From: Occultella glacieicola
GTDB taxonomy: Bacteria; Actinomycetota; Actinomycetes; Actinomycetales; Beutenbergiaceae
Length of the DNA stretch: 64,000 nt
Direction: 5' to 3'
Assembly: GCF_004353825.1 (NCBI RefSeq)
Contig: NZ_SMNA01000005.1
Span: forward strand, 310,001-374,000
The position numbers were made by a program, and so were the translations under genes. This document shows positions 47,738 through 57,848 of the stretch, piece by piece. The first letter of the stretch is position 1. Every line of letters begins with the position of its first letter. The notes below the pieces were generated by a model, which was not told the DNA's origin, made no database searches, and was given only the letters and a program-made list of their open reading frames with translations.

Positions 47738-49298
47738 TGACGCCACCCGGTACGCCGTCGACGACGACGTAGCTCGCCCGTGTGCTGATCGGCGCGTCGG
47801 GCGTCGAGATATAGGGCATGACGCGGAAGTCGTTCGTCAGGGTGTCCGGTGTCATCGTCACGCGCGAGTAGCCGCGCTGGAAGTTGCAGAACTTCATGTG
47901 CGGGTTCGCTGCGAGGTAGTTCTCGCCGACGGGCAGCATGTCGGCGCCGTCCCGGTTGCTGGCGATCGAGGTCCCGACGATCTCGGTGCCGACGACGGGT
48001 GAGTCCGGGTTGGAGTAGTCCGCCTTGAGGTCCATGAAGTAGTTGCTGTGCCGGTCGCCGGTGACGACGACGAGATTGTCGACGCCGCGTTCGTACGCCT
48101 CGGTCAGGACCTGCTCGCGTTCGACGTTGTAGTTGTCCCAGGCCGCCGCGAAAGTCTCGACGGCCGGGTCGGGGTTGCTGTCGAGCTGCGCCATCGGTTG
48201 CTGGTTGCCGATGATCTGCCAGCGGGCGGGCGATGACGAGAACCCCTCGACGAGCCAGTCGCGCTGGGCCCCGCCGAGCATTGTGGCGGACGGGTCGTCC
48301 CGGCCGCGTTCGGACCGGTACTGGCGCCCGTCGAGCATCGTGAAGTCGGCCAGCGCGCCGTAGCCGATGCGCCGGTGGATCCGGATGTTCGGACCGGACG
48401 GCATCTGTGTGTGGCGCAGGGGCAGGTTCTCGTACATCGCCTGGAAGGCGTCGGCCTTGCGTTGCGCGAAGACCGCCGGGTCCTGGTCAGGCTCGTCGTC
48501 CACCTCGGAGCGGCCGGCGAGCCAGTTGTTCTCGACCTCGTGGTCGTCGAACGTCACGAGCCAGGGGCACATGGCGTGCGCGGCCTGCAGATGGGGATCA
48601 GCCTTGTACAGGGCGTACTGCAGCCGGTAGCGGGGAAGATCGAAGCACTCGGTGCGCAGGTAGTCCGGCATCGGTGTTCCGTCGTGCAGGATCGGCTCGG
48701 GCACGTAGGACTTCTCGTAGATGTAGTCGCCGAGATGGACCACGAGGTCGAGGTCTTCCTCGGCCATGTGCTGGAAGCCGGTGTAGTAGCCCGCCTCGTA
48801 GCTCTGACAGGACACGATCGCGAACGAGGTCGAGCCCGGCATCTCGCCTGGCGCTGGAGCTGTGCGGGTACGGCCTACCGGTGAGACGTCGCGACCGACC
48901 ATGAAGCGGTAGAAGTACTCCCGTCCAGGCTCGAGACCCGTGACCTCAGGGTGCACGGAGTGGCCGAGCTCGGGCGTCGCGAGAACGTGGCCGGCGCGGA
49001 CGATCCGGCGAAAGCGTTCGTCGGTCGCAACCTGATAGCGGACCGGCACGGGCCGGGATGGCATGCCGCCGGCGCCGTCCGGCGCAAGGGGGTCGAGGGC
49101 GAGCCGCGTCCAGAGCACGACGCCGTCGGGCAGGGGGTCGCCGGACGCGACACCGAGAGTGAACGGGTACTCGCGCAGGCGCGGTGTCGCAGCTGCCTCG
49201 TCCGACCATCCGGTGCCGACGATGACGGCTGCCGCGCCGATGCCCGTGTATCCGAGGAACCCGCGGCGGCTGAGGCGTCGTGGACTGGTGCCGGACAT
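47730..49298 (-). CDS. phoD: Tat-secreted alkaline phosphatase D family protein
   Basis: SRRGFL Tat motif, FTLGVASGDP, HLGDYIYE, DDHEVENN, TGDRH. Confidence 0.9.
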   Translation of the reverse strand: MSGTSPRRLSRRGFLGYTGIGAAAVIVGTGWSDEAAATPRLREYPFTLGVASGDPLPDGVVLWTRLALDPLAPDGAGGMPSRPVPVRYQVATDERFRRIVRAGHVLATPELGHSVHPEVTGLEPGREYFYRFMVGRDVSPVGRTRTAPAPGEMPGSTSFAIVSCQSYEAGYYTGFQHMAEEDLDLVVHLGDYIYEKSYVPEPILHDGTPMPDYLRTECFDLPRYRLQYALYKADPHLQAAHAMCPWLVTFDDHEVENNWLAGRSEVDDEPDQDPAVFAQRKADAFQAMYENLPLRHTQMPSGPNIRIHRRIGYGALADFTMLDGRQYRSERGRDDPSATMLGGAQRDWLVEGFSSSPARWQIIGNQQPMAQLDSNPDPAVETFAAAWDNYNVEREQVLTEAYERGVDNLVVVTGDRHSNYFMDLKADYSNPDSPVVGTEIVGTSIASNRDGADMLPVGENYLAANPHMKFCNFQRGYSRVTMTPDTLTNDFRVMPYISTPDAPISTRASYVVVDGVPGGVSV

Positions 49299-49379
49299 GG
49301 CGACTCTCCTTCGTCATGCCGACCCCGTCGACCGGCCTGCGGACAACCCTTGCGAGGCCCGCGTGCGACTGTCAACAAT

Positions 49380-49393
49380 CTAATTCAAATTAG
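49380..49393. promoter_or_regulatory. Candidate LacI-family operator 1
   Basis: CTAATTCAAATTAG near-palindrome next to the minus-strand TTGACA at 49370-49375. Confidence 0.7.
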
Positions 49394-49418
49394 TAAGGCG
49401 AATTCCGAGTGAACACTA

Positions 49419-49447
49419 TTGACGCAGTTGAGACCTATGCCTAACGT
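49419..49447 (+). promoter_or_regulatory. Housekeeping-sigma promoter of the LacI-ABC operon
   Basis: TTGACG-N17-TAACGT. Confidence 0.7.
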
Positions 49448-49453
49448 GACGAT

Positions 49454-49467
49454 CTAATTCGAATTGG
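49454..49467. promoter_or_regulatory. Candidate LacI-family operator 2
   Basis: CTAATTCGAATTGG with central CG, over the predicted +1. Confidence 0.7.
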
Positions 49468-49480
49468 AAGGAGAGCGTCG

Positions 49481-50521
49481 ATGGCCGCCGCGCGACCCCG
49501 TCAGCTCGACATCGCGAAGTTGGCAGGCGTCTCCCAGACGACCGTCTCGCTCGCGCTCAACGGCAAGACGGCCGACTACGGCATCAACCCTGAGACCGAA
49601 CAGAAGATCATGGACGCGGCCCGTGAGCTCGGCTACGTCCCGAACGTCACCGCCCGAGCCCTTCGGGGCGGTCGCAACCGACTGATCGGTGTTCATGCCT
49701 TCGAGCCGTTGTTTCCGACGGGTCGGGAGTCGTACTACGAGGAGATCCTCGTCGGGATCGAGCAGGGGGCGGTCCGAGCGGGCCACGACCTCGTGCTGTT
49801 CACGTCGATCCACCAGCACACCGGTCAGGCGAACATCTTTCACGAGGGTCGCAACCGCCTGCGGATCGCTGACGGCGCAATCATTCTTGGGTTCGAGCAG
49901 CACGACGACGAACTCGTCCGGCTCGCGGACGAGGGTTACCGGTTCGTCTTCGTGGGTCGTCGCGAGCGGGCGGCCACGCTCGGGCCGTACGTCTCCGCCG
50001 AGTACGCCGCCGCCGTCCGGGATGTCATGAGCCGCGTCCACGCTCTCGGTCACCGTGAGGTCGCCTATCTCGGACTTCGCGACCGCGCGGAGCCGCGGCT
50101 CGAGCGCCGCGAGGGGTTCCGGGCCGGCGCCGCCGAACTGGGCATGGCCGTGGTAGCGGAGACGTGGGCCGGCGCCGGCGAGGTGGAAGCGTCCTGGATC
50201 CGGCAGGTCATGGACGGCGGGGCGACGGTGTTGCTGGTCGAGAGCACGGGGGTACTGGAGGAGGTTGCGGAACGCGTCGACGAGCTCGGCGTCGACATCC
50301 CGGGCGATCTCTCCGTCGTCGGACTCGACTCGATCACCGATCCGAGCGCTGCGTCACACGACTGGACCCATCTCCTGGTGCCGCGCAGAGAGATGGGGGC
50401 CCGTGCCGTCGAGCTGCTGCTGGACGTCCTCGATGGCCGCCAGGAGCCCACCCACCACGAACGACTGAACTGCACGTTCCGGCCGGGCGGCACGCTCGGT
50501 GCACCGGCGCCGGGGGTGTGA
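49481..50521 (+). CDS. LacI family transcriptional regulator
   Basis: DIAKLAGVSQTTVSLALN, LGYVPNVTARALR, IPGDLSVVG. Confidence 0.93.
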   Translation: MAAARPRQLDIAKLAGVSQTTVSLALNGKTADYGINPETEQKIMDAARELGYVPNVTARALRGGRNRLIGVHAFEPLFPTGRESYYEEILVGIEQGAVRAGHDLVLFTSIHQHTGQANIFHEGRNRLRIADGAIILGFEQHDDELVRLADEGYRFVFVGRRERAATLGPYVSAEYAAAVRDVMSRVHALGHREVAYLGLRDRAEPRLERREGFRAGAAELGMAVVAETWAGAGEVEASWIRQVMDGGATVLLVESTGVLEEVAERVDELGVDIPGDLSVVGLDSITDPSAASHDWTHLLVPRREMGARAVELLLDVLDGRQEPTHHERLNCTFRPGGTLGAPAPGV

Positions 50522-50580
50522 CCGGCTCCGACGCCGGCGCACCGACGATCGCTACATCACCATCACGAGAGGAAGAGCAG

Positions 50581-51924
50581 ATGAGACGCACACGACGAGT
50601 GCCCGTGCGCACGTGGACCGGCATCGCGGCCGCGGTCGCGGCAGTGTCCCTGGTGGCAGCATGCGGCAGCGGGAACGCCGGCGACAGCGGGGAGGACAGC
50701 GATAGCGGTGACGCCTCGGGCGAGACGCTGGTCGTGTGGTTCCCGGGCAAGAGCGAGGCCGAGATGGCCCTGGTCAACGACACGATCGTGCCCGCGTTCG
50801 AGGAGGAGACGGGTGCCCAGGTCGAGGTCACGTTCGTGGACTGGCCCGACCTGTCGCCCAAGCTGAACGCGGCTTTCGCGGCCGGCACCGCGCCCGACGT
50901 CATCGGCCACGGCGTGGCGGCAACGGCGGACCTTGCCGCGAACGAACGTGTCCTCGACCTCTCCTCGTACATCGACGAGATGGACCCAGAACTGCGCGAC
51001 GACATCTCGGTGGCGCTGGAGGGCGGCGAGGTGGGCGGAACGCCGTACATGGTTCCGCTCATCATGACCGCGAGGTTGCTCGTCTACTCCGGTGCGGACT
51101 TCACCGAGGCAGGCCTCGACCCGGAGGCACCCCCGGCAACCTGGGAGGAGGTCCACGAGGCGGCCGAACAGCTCACGGTGAGGGACGACGATCAGATCAC
51201 GCGGTCCGGCCTCCTGCTCGGGAGCCAGCCGATCGCCAACCAGCAGTCGTTCGCCACGTTGTTGTGGTCGAACGGCGGCGACTTCCTGAACGAGGATGGC
51301 ACGGAGGCGGTGATGAACTCGCCGGAGGGGGTCGAGGCCCTCCAGTACTTCGCCGATCTCTACCAGGGCGAGGACCCCGTCGACGGCATGCTCGGCGTCG
51401 AGTGGTCGGCGCTGCCCGTGGGCGAGCAGCCGGTCGTCGCGGGCACCGCGTCCATGCAGCTCGTCAGCGCGGGTGCGATCGTCGACTACCAGGCGGCGGC
51501 TCCGGATCGCGACCTGCGGCTCATGCCGCCGCCCGCGTTCGAGGGGTCCGAGCCAGGGACGTTCGGCGGGCCGGGCAACGGCCTCATGATCAACGCGGAC
51601 AGCGAGGTTCCCGACCTGGCCTGGGAGTTCGTCGCCTCGATGGTCGAGCCCGAGACCAACCTTGCGTACGCCCAGGAGCTCGGCCAGCTCCCGATCCACG
51701 CCTCGGCGATCGACTCGGACTACATCACGTCGAACCCGGCGCTCGTGACGGCCGTCGAGGCGCTCCCGTACGCCCACGGGAACCCGAACGTGCCTGGCTG
51801 GGTCCAGATGCGTGACGCTATGGGCCAGCACCTCGAGCGCGCCCTGCATGGCGAGGCCGACCCCGCCGAGGCTCTGGACCAATCGGCGTCGGAAGTGGAT
51901 GAGATCATTGCCGCAGGCTCTTGA
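50581..51924 (+). CDS. Carbohydrate ABC transporter substrate-binding lipoprotein
   Basis: Lipobox VAAC, GTAPDV, PPATWEE, LAWEFV. Confidence 0.9.
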   Translation: MRRTRRVPVRTWTGIAAAVAAVSLVAACGSGNAGDSGEDSDSGDASGETLVVWFPGKSEAEMALVNDTIVPAFEEETGAQVEVTFVDWPDLSPKLNAAFAAGTAPDVIGHGVAATADLAANERVLDLSSYIDEMDPELRDDISVALEGGEVGGTPYMVPLIMTARLLVYSGADFTEAGLDPEAPPATWEEVHEAAEQLTVRDDDQITRSGLLLGSQPIANQQSFATLLWSNGGDFLNEDGTEAVMNSPEGVEALQYFADLYQGEDPVDGMLGVEWSALPVGEQPVVAGTASMQLVSAGAIVDYQAAAPDRDLRLMPPPAFEGSEPGTFGGPGNGLMINADSEVPDLAWEFVASMVEPETNLAYAQELGQLPIHASAIDSDYITSNPALVTAVEALPYAHGNPNVPGWVQMRDAMGQHLERALHGEADPAEALDQSASEVDEIIAAGS

Positions 51925-52855
51925 GACCGCCGGGCGCCGGCCGGAGACCCCGGCCGGCGTACGGCCGACACAGCGCAAGCGCACCAGGCTCCGCAGCCCC
52001 ATGGCCCGGATGGGGATGCTGTTCGTCATCCCCGCCGCGCTGTACGTCGTCGTCTTCCAGTTCATCCCGGTCGCGTACGGCCTGGTGCTCAGCTTCAGTG
52101 ACTACTCGCCCCTGGACAGAGGGGGTCCGGAGTTCATCGGCTGGGACAACTACGCGTCGATCTTCACGGACGCGTCGTTCGCACGGGCGATGGGCATCAC
52201 CGGGCGGTACGTGCTCCAGGTACTTCCGTTCACTGTCGCGATAGCGCTCGGCCTCGCGCTGCTGTCCAACCGGGTGTTCCGGGGCGTCGGGCTGTTCCGG
52301 ACCGGCCTGTACGTGCCGCACGTCGTCTCGCTGACTGCCGTCAGCATGGTGTGGCTCTGGATCTACTCCGACAGCGGGCTCGTCAACCAGGTGCTGGACT
52401 TCCTGGGCCTCGCGCCCCAACGGTGGCTCACGACCCAGGACGCCGCCCTCAACGCGGTCTCGGCGATGCGCATCTGGAAGGCGCTCGGGAGCAACATGGT
52501 GCTCCTGCTCGCCGGCCTCCAGACGGTGCCGAAGGACTTGTACGAGGCAGCCAGGATGGACGGCGCGAACGCCTGGCAGCAGTTCCGTGCTGTCACGCTG
52601 CCCGGGCTCCGGCCGATGCTGACCTACGTCGTCGCGATGGACATCATCTTCCTCGCCCAGGGATTCCCCGAGATCTTCGTGCTCACTCAGGGCGGGCCGT
52701 ACGGGAGCACGACGACCGTGAACTACCTCATCTACACCGAGGCCTTCCAGTACAACCAGATGGGCAGCGCCTCGGCGATGGCGTTCGTGCTGTTCGCGTT
52801 CATCGCGGCGTTCACGATCGTCGCGATCCGCGTCGGACAAGGAAGGCGAAGCTGA
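51899..52855 (+). CDS. Carbohydrate ABC transporter permease
   Basis: FIGWDNY, LAGLQTVPKDLYEAARMDGA; start could be 52001. Confidence 0.9.
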   Translation: MRSLPQALETAGRRPETPAGVRPTQRKRTRLRSPMARMGMLFVIPAALYVVVFQFIPVAYGLVLSFSDYSPLDRGGPEFIGWDNYASIFTDASFARAMGITGRYVLQVLPFTVAIALGLALLSNRVFRGVGLFRTGLYVPHVVSLTAVSMVWLWIYSDSGLVNQVLDFLGLAPQRWLTTQDAALNAVSAMRIWKALGSNMVLLLAGLQTVPKDLYEAARMDGANAWQQFRAVTLPGLRPMLTYVVAMDIIFLAQGFPEIFVLTQGGPYGSTTTVNYLIYTEAFQYNQMGSASAMAFVLFAFIAAFTIVAIRVGQGRRS

Positions 52856-52856
52856 G

Positions 52857-53759
52857 ATGGCCCTCAGATCTGCAGTACCAGCGGCATCACTGGACGCGCC
52901 GGTCCGTCGTCGCCCCCGGGACCCCGTGTGGCCCCGAGCGCTCACGCTGGCGCTGGTCACCCTGGCCGTCCTGTTCCCGTTCTGGTGGATGATCAGCCTC
53001 GCGTTCACTCCAGAGGGACAGTCGGTCAGCCTGATCCCCGCGGAGCCGACTGTCGAGAACTTCAGGATCGCCGTGCAGGCCGCCAATCTCGACACGGCGT
53101 TCGCGAACTCCACGCTCGTGACGGTCGTGGCGGTACTGACCAACTGCATCGTCCCGGTGATAGCGGGCTACGCCTTCGCGCACCTGCCCTTCCGCGGCAG
53201 CTCCATCGTCTTCTACGGCTTGCTGTCCACCGTCGCGATCCCGGGATCTGTGACGCTGATCCCGCTGTTCCTCATGGCGAAGAACTTCCCGCTCGCAGGT
53301 GGCAACGACATCTTCGGCAGCGGCGGCAGCGGCTTGCTCGACTCGGTGGGAGGACTCATGCTCCCCTACCTCGTCGGGACGATGAACATCTTCCTGTCGC
53401 GGCAGTACTTCGCGTCGATGGACCGCGGCTTCGCGGAGGCGGCGCGGATCGACGGCGCCGGCGAGCTGCGGATCTTCGCGCAGATCTATCTGCCGATGGC
53501 CAAGCCGCTGCTGGCGCTCGTGGCCGTCTTCTCCTTCACCGGAGTTTGGGACGACTTCCTCTGGCCGCTCGTCGTCTCGACGTCGGAGCGCAGCACGACC
53601 GTCCAGCTCGCGATCACGACGTTCGCGTCAAGCGGGGACGTCAAGTACGGCGCGCTCATGGCCGCCACGATCCTCGTGACGATCCCAGTGCTGGTGGTGT
53701 TCCTCGTGAACCAGCGGGGCTTCATCTCCGGTCTCGCCGAGGGCGGGATCAAGGGCTGA
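52857..53759 (+). CDS. Carbohydrate ABC transporter permease
   Basis: AGYAFA, EAARIDGAG, WDDFLWPL, GGIKG. Confidence 0.92.
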   Translation: MALRSAVPAASLDAPVRRRPRDPVWPRALTLALVTLAVLFPFWWMISLAFTPEGQSVSLIPAEPTVENFRIAVQAANLDTAFANSTLVTVVAVLTNCIVPVIAGYAFAHLPFRGSSIVFYGLLSTVAIPGSVTLIPLFLMAKNFPLAGGNDIFGSGGSGLLDSVGGLMLPYLVGTMNIFLSRQYFASMDRGFAEAARIDGAGELRIFAQIYLPMAKPLLALVAVFSFTGVWDDFLWPLVVSTSERSTTVQLAITTFASSGDVKYGALMAATILVTIPVLVVFLVNQRGFISGLAEGGIKG

Positions 53760-53824
53760 CGCCGCGACGTCGCTCCGACCTCATTCCCACACACCACATC
53801 CGAACGGAAAGCGAGACCCTTCAC

Positions 53825-55471
53825 GTGCCGTACGACAGCGCAGACGTCCTCATCATCGGTGGCGGATTGGGGGGTGTGGCAGCGGCCCGCGCCGCCCTCA
53901 CGCTCGGGGCCTCGGTCATCCTCACCGAGGCCGAGGGCTGGCTCGGCGGTCAGCTCACCTCTCAGGCGGTCCCGCCGGACGAGAACCCGTGGATCGAGGA
54001 CTTCTCCTCTGCGGGCTACCGGGAACTTCGCGACCGGGTCCGCGAGCACTACCGGCGCCACTACCCCTTGACGCCCGAGGCCCAGGCCGACGAGCGCCTC
54101 AACCCGGGCGCTGCGTTCGTCTCCGCGCTGAGCCACGAGCCGCGAGTGGCTGCGGCGGTCCTGGACGACATGCTCGCGGGGTGGCTCGCCGAGGGTCGCC
54201 TCACGGTGCTGCGGCGGCACGAGCCCGTCTCGGCCATCCGGTCGGGGGACCGGATCACCTCGGTGACCGTGCGAGATCTCGCGACGGACGAGCGGCGGGT
54301 GCTTGCGGGGTCGATCGTGCTGGACGCGACCGAGCTCGGTGATCTTCTCGAGCTGGGAGGAGTGCCGCACGTCATCGGCGCGGAGTCGCGTGCCCAGACC
54401 GGCGAACTGCACGCACCCGAGGTTGCGGACCCGATGGACCAGCAGGCCATCACGTGGTGCGCCGCTCTGGAGTACCGGCCGGGCGAGTCGCATGTCATCC
54501 CGGAGCCTGCCGGTTACACGCACTGGCGCGACACGGTGGATCCGCGCTGGCCGGGATCGCAGCTGTCGTGGAACGACGTCCACCCGATCACGCTGGAGGA
54601 GCGGTACCGGCCGCTCTTCGCGAGCACGCCGGAGGCCGCGGTCCACGAGGCAGACCGCGACCTCTGGCACTACCGCCGCATCGTGGCCCGTCGGCACCTC
54701 GAGCCGGACTATCCCGGTGGCGAGATCACACTCGTCAACTGGCCGCAGATCGACTACTGGGAGCTGCCGCTCCTGGGCGTGCCTCCGCAGACGCGCCAGC
54801 AGGCCGAGCTCGCGGCGCGCGACCTCACGCTGTCGTTCGTGCACTGGGTTCAGACGGCGGCGCCTCGGTCGGACGGCGGGCACGGCTACCCGGAGCTGCG
54901 GCTCACGGGCAACGTCCTGGGCACTGACGACGGGCTCGCACGAGCGGCGTACATCCGCGAGTCGCGGCGCATCAAGGCGTTGTTCACCGTGACCGAGGCG
55001 CACATCGGCTGTGAGATGCGCGGCGCCGGGGAGGGGGCCGAGGTGTTCGCCGACACCGTCGGGATCGGGCACTACCGAATCGACCTGCACCCCTCGACGT
55101 CGGGTCGGACGTACGTCGACATCGCCTCGTTCCCGTTCCAGATCCCGCTCGGTGCCCTCATCCCGGTCGGGACCGCGAACCTGCTCGCTGCGAACAAGAA
55201 CATCGGGACGACGCACATCACGAACGGGGCGTACCGCCTCCATCCGGTGGAGTGGTCGATCGGGGAGGCCGCGGGCGCGCTGGCCGCGCGGTGTCTCGCC
55301 ACCGGTTCGGCGCCGGCGACAGTCCTGGCCCGCGAGGACGAACTACGCGCGTTCCAAGGTTTGCTCGTGGGTCAGCTCGGTGTGCCGCTCGCCTGGCCGG
55401 ACGAGATCCGGCGGGCAGGGCAGCCCGACGCCGTCCCGGCACCCGTCCGAACCGCGGGATCCGCGTCGTGA
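53825..55471 (+). CDS. FAD-dependent oxidoreductase
   Basis: DVLIIGGGLGG, WLGGQLTSQAVP, LDATELGD, YIRESRR, NGAYRLHPVEW. Confidence 0.85.
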   Translation: MPYDSADVLIIGGGLGGVAAARAALTLGASVILTEAEGWLGGQLTSQAVPPDENPWIEDFSSAGYRELRDRVREHYRRHYPLTPEAQADERLNPGAAFVSALSHEPRVAAAVLDDMLAGWLAEGRLTVLRRHEPVSAIRSGDRITSVTVRDLATDERRVLAGSIVLDATELGDLLELGGVPHVIGAESRAQTGELHAPEVADPMDQQAITWCAALEYRPGESHVIPEPAGYTHWRDTVDPRWPGSQLSWNDVHPITLEERYRPLFASTPEAAVHEADRDLWHYRRIVARRHLEPDYPGGEITLVNWPQIDYWELPLLGVPPQTRQQAELAARDLTLSFVHWVQTAAPRSDGGHGYPELRLTGNVLGTDDGLARAAYIRESRRIKALFTVTEAHIGCEMRGAGEGAEVFADTVGIGHYRIDLHPSTSGRTYVDIASFPFQIPLGALIPVGTANLLAANKNIGTTHITNGAYRLHPVEWSIGEAAGALAARCLATGSAPATVLAREDELRAFQGLLVGQLGVPLAWPDEIRRAGQPDAVPAPVRTAGSAS

Positions 55472-55532
55472 GCAACGGCGAGGACGCCGCGTCGCCGACC
55501 ATCGACGAACGAGCGCAGGAGGATCGCGACCG

Positions 55533-57008
55533 ATGAGACCGGACGCTCGCCCGAACGTGCTGCTGATCATGGCTGACCAGTGGCGTGGCGACTGCCTCTC
55601 CGTCGCGGGGCATCCCACGGTGAGCACGCCGTTCCTCGACCGACTCGCGGGGCAGGGCACGCGCTACACGAAGGCGTACTCCGCGACGCCGACGTGCACC
55701 CCGGCGCGGGCATCGCTGATGACGGGGCTGCGTCCGATCACGCACGGCCGTGTCGGGTACGAGGACCACGTGCCGTGGGACTACCCGACGACGCTGGCCG
55801 GCGAGTTCACGCGGAACGGCTACCAGACGCAGGCCGTCGGCAAGATGCACGTGTTCCCGGAGCGCGCGCAGCTGGGATTCCAGAACGTCATCCTGCACTC
55901 ACCCCTGGGTATCCTCCGGTCTGCGCGCCGGCGCGGACTGGACCCAGATCTCGTCGACGACTACCTGCCCTGGCTCAGGCTGCGGCTCGGTCGGGATGCG
56001 ACCTTCTTCGACCACGGGATCGACTCCAACTCATGGGTGGCCCGGCCGTGGGACAAGCCCGAGCACCTCCACCCCACGAACTTCGTCGCCAGCGAGTCGG
56101 CCGACTTCCTGCGGCGGCGAGACTCCACGAAGCCGTTCTTCCTGTTCGCCTCGTTCAACGCCCCGCATCCACCGTACGACCCTCCGGCGTGGGCCTTCGA
56201 GCAGTACATCGACGCGGAGATGCCCGATCCGCCGGTCGGGGACTGGACGGCCGGGCTCGCCGAGTGGGCGAAGCCCTGGGATCCGACGGCGTTCGTCGGC
56301 GAGGTCTCGGACAAGACGCTCCGGCGAGCGCGAGCCGGGTATTACGGGCACATGAGCCACGTGGATTCTCAGATCAACTTCCTGCTCGAGGAGTTGGCGC
56401 ATCGCGGCCTGCGGGAGAACACGGTGATCTGTTTCCTCTCCGACCACGGCGAGATGCTCGGCGACCACCACCTGTTCCGCAAGGGATTCCCGTACGAAGG
56501 GTCGGCGCGGATCCCGCTGATCCTTCATGGTCCGGGCGTCCCCGCCGGCGAAGTGCGCGACGACGTCGTCGAGCTGGGTGACGTCATGCCCACACTGCTG
56601 GAGGCCGCGGGTCTCGGCGTCCCGGAGACTGTCGAGGGGCGCAGCTTCCTGCCGTCGACCCTCGACGCCGCCGATCCGCGGCCGTGGCTCCACGGCGAGC
56701 ACACGCTCCTGGGACAGTCCTTCCAGTGGCTCACCGACGGCCACGAGAAGTACGTCTGGTGGAGCGGGACGGGCCACGAGCAGTTTTTCGACCTCGACGC
56801 CGACCCGACCGAGTCGCACGACCTCGTCTCCTCGCCCGGTACGGAGGCACGCGTCGGGCGATGGCGCGACGTGCTCGTCGGAGTGCTCCGAGGCCGCGAG
56901 GAGGGTTTTGTCTCCGAGGGTCACTTGGTGGCCGGCCGACCTGTCCGACCGACTCTCCGCCGTCGGACCGTGCCGCGCCGGGGCGACGAGGACCCCTTGC
57001 CGGCCTGA
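55533..57008 (+). CDS. Cys-type sulfatase
   Basis: PNVLLIMADQWRGD, CTPARASLMTG, GKMH, PHPP, SDHGEMLGDH. Confidence 0.92.
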   Translation: MRPDARPNVLLIMADQWRGDCLSVAGHPTVSTPFLDRLAGQGTRYTKAYSATPTCTPARASLMTGLRPITHGRVGYEDHVPWDYPTTLAGEFTRNGYQTQAVGKMHVFPERAQLGFQNVILHSPLGILRSARRRGLDPDLVDDYLPWLRLRLGRDATFFDHGIDSNSWVARPWDKPEHLHPTNFVASESADFLRRRDSTKPFFLFASFNAPHPPYDPPAWAFEQYIDAEMPDPPVGDWTAGLAEWAKPWDPTAFVGEVSDKTLRRARAGYYGHMSHVDSQINFLLEELAHRGLRENTVICFLSDHGEMLGDHHLFRKGFPYEGSARIPLILHGPGVPAGEVRDDVVELGDVMPTLLEAAGLGVPETVEGRSFLPSTLDAADPRPWLHGEHTLLGQSFQWLTDGHEKYVWWSGTGHEQFFDLDADPTESHDLVSSPGTEARVGRWRDVLVGVLRGREEGFVSEGHLVAGRPVRPTLRRRTVPRRGDEDPLPA

Positions 57009-57097
57009 TAGCTGACCCTCACCAGCAGCGCACCTCCCGCGATGGCACGATGGAACCCGCGATGATCGCCGTCGCGAACCTCACTCGAGAGGCCACG

Positions 57098-57793
57098 ATG
57101 GAACTCCTGCTGCTGTCCAACTCCACGGCCCCTGGCCGGGCCTACCTGGAGCACGCCCGGGAAGCGATCGCCGAGACGTTCGCGGGCGTCGAGCGGGTCG
57201 GGTTCGTCCCGTTCGCGCTCGCCGACCATGACGCGTACACGGCGCAGGCGCGCCGCGGGCTCGCCTTCCTCGACGTCGAGGTGGTCGGACTGCACGAGCG
57301 CGTCCGCAGCCCGCTCGACGGGTTGGACGCCGTGTTCGTGGGCGGCGGCAACTCGTTCCGCCTGCTGGACCAGCTGCAACGGCGCGGTCTCCTCGGGGCG
57401 ATCAGGGACGCCGTCGCACGCGGCCTGCGGTACCTCGGCTCGAGCGCGGGCACGAACGTGGCGACGCCGAGCATCCGGACCACGAACGACATGCCGATCG
57501 TGGAGCCGGTCTCGTTCGAAGGGATCGGCCTGGTGCCGTTCCAGATCAACCCGCACTACCTCGACCCGGACCCGGGCTCGACGCACCAGGGCGAGACCCG
57601 CGACGAGCGCCTCCAGCAGTACCTCGAGGAGAACACCGTCCCGGTCCTCGCGATGCGCGAGGGCACCTGGTTGCGGCGCAGCGCCGACCGGCTGACGCTC
57701 GGTGGCGAGGCCACCGGCGCCCGACTGTACCGGCCGGGACTCCCGACGGCGGAGGTCACCACGGGCGCGGACCTCACCCACCTGCTGGGCTGA
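57098..57793 (+). CDS. pepE: Dipeptidase E (S51)
   Basis: LLLLSNS, VGGGNSF, GSSAG, RTTNDMPI, NPHY, HQGETR. Confidence 0.92.
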   Translation: MELLLLSNSTAPGRAYLEHAREAIAETFAGVERVGFVPFALADHDAYTAQARRGLAFLDVEVVGLHERVRSPLDGLDAVFVGGGNSFRLLDQLQRRGLLGAIRDAVARGLRYLGSSAGTNVATPSIRTTNDMPIVEPVSFEGIGLVPFQINPHYLDPDPGSTHQGETRDERLQQYLEENTVPVLAMREGTWLRRSADRLTLGGEATGARLYRPGLPTAEVTTGADLTHLLG

Positions 57794-57848
57794 GTCGGGT
57801 TGCTCACACCCCGGCCCAACAAGGGCGAGGGTGGTGGAGAATGGAAGG

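Noticed and set aside
25528..57848. Single integrative element or prophage
   Set aside because: No integrase, transposase, conjugation or phage genes, and no att-like direct repeats noticed at the borders
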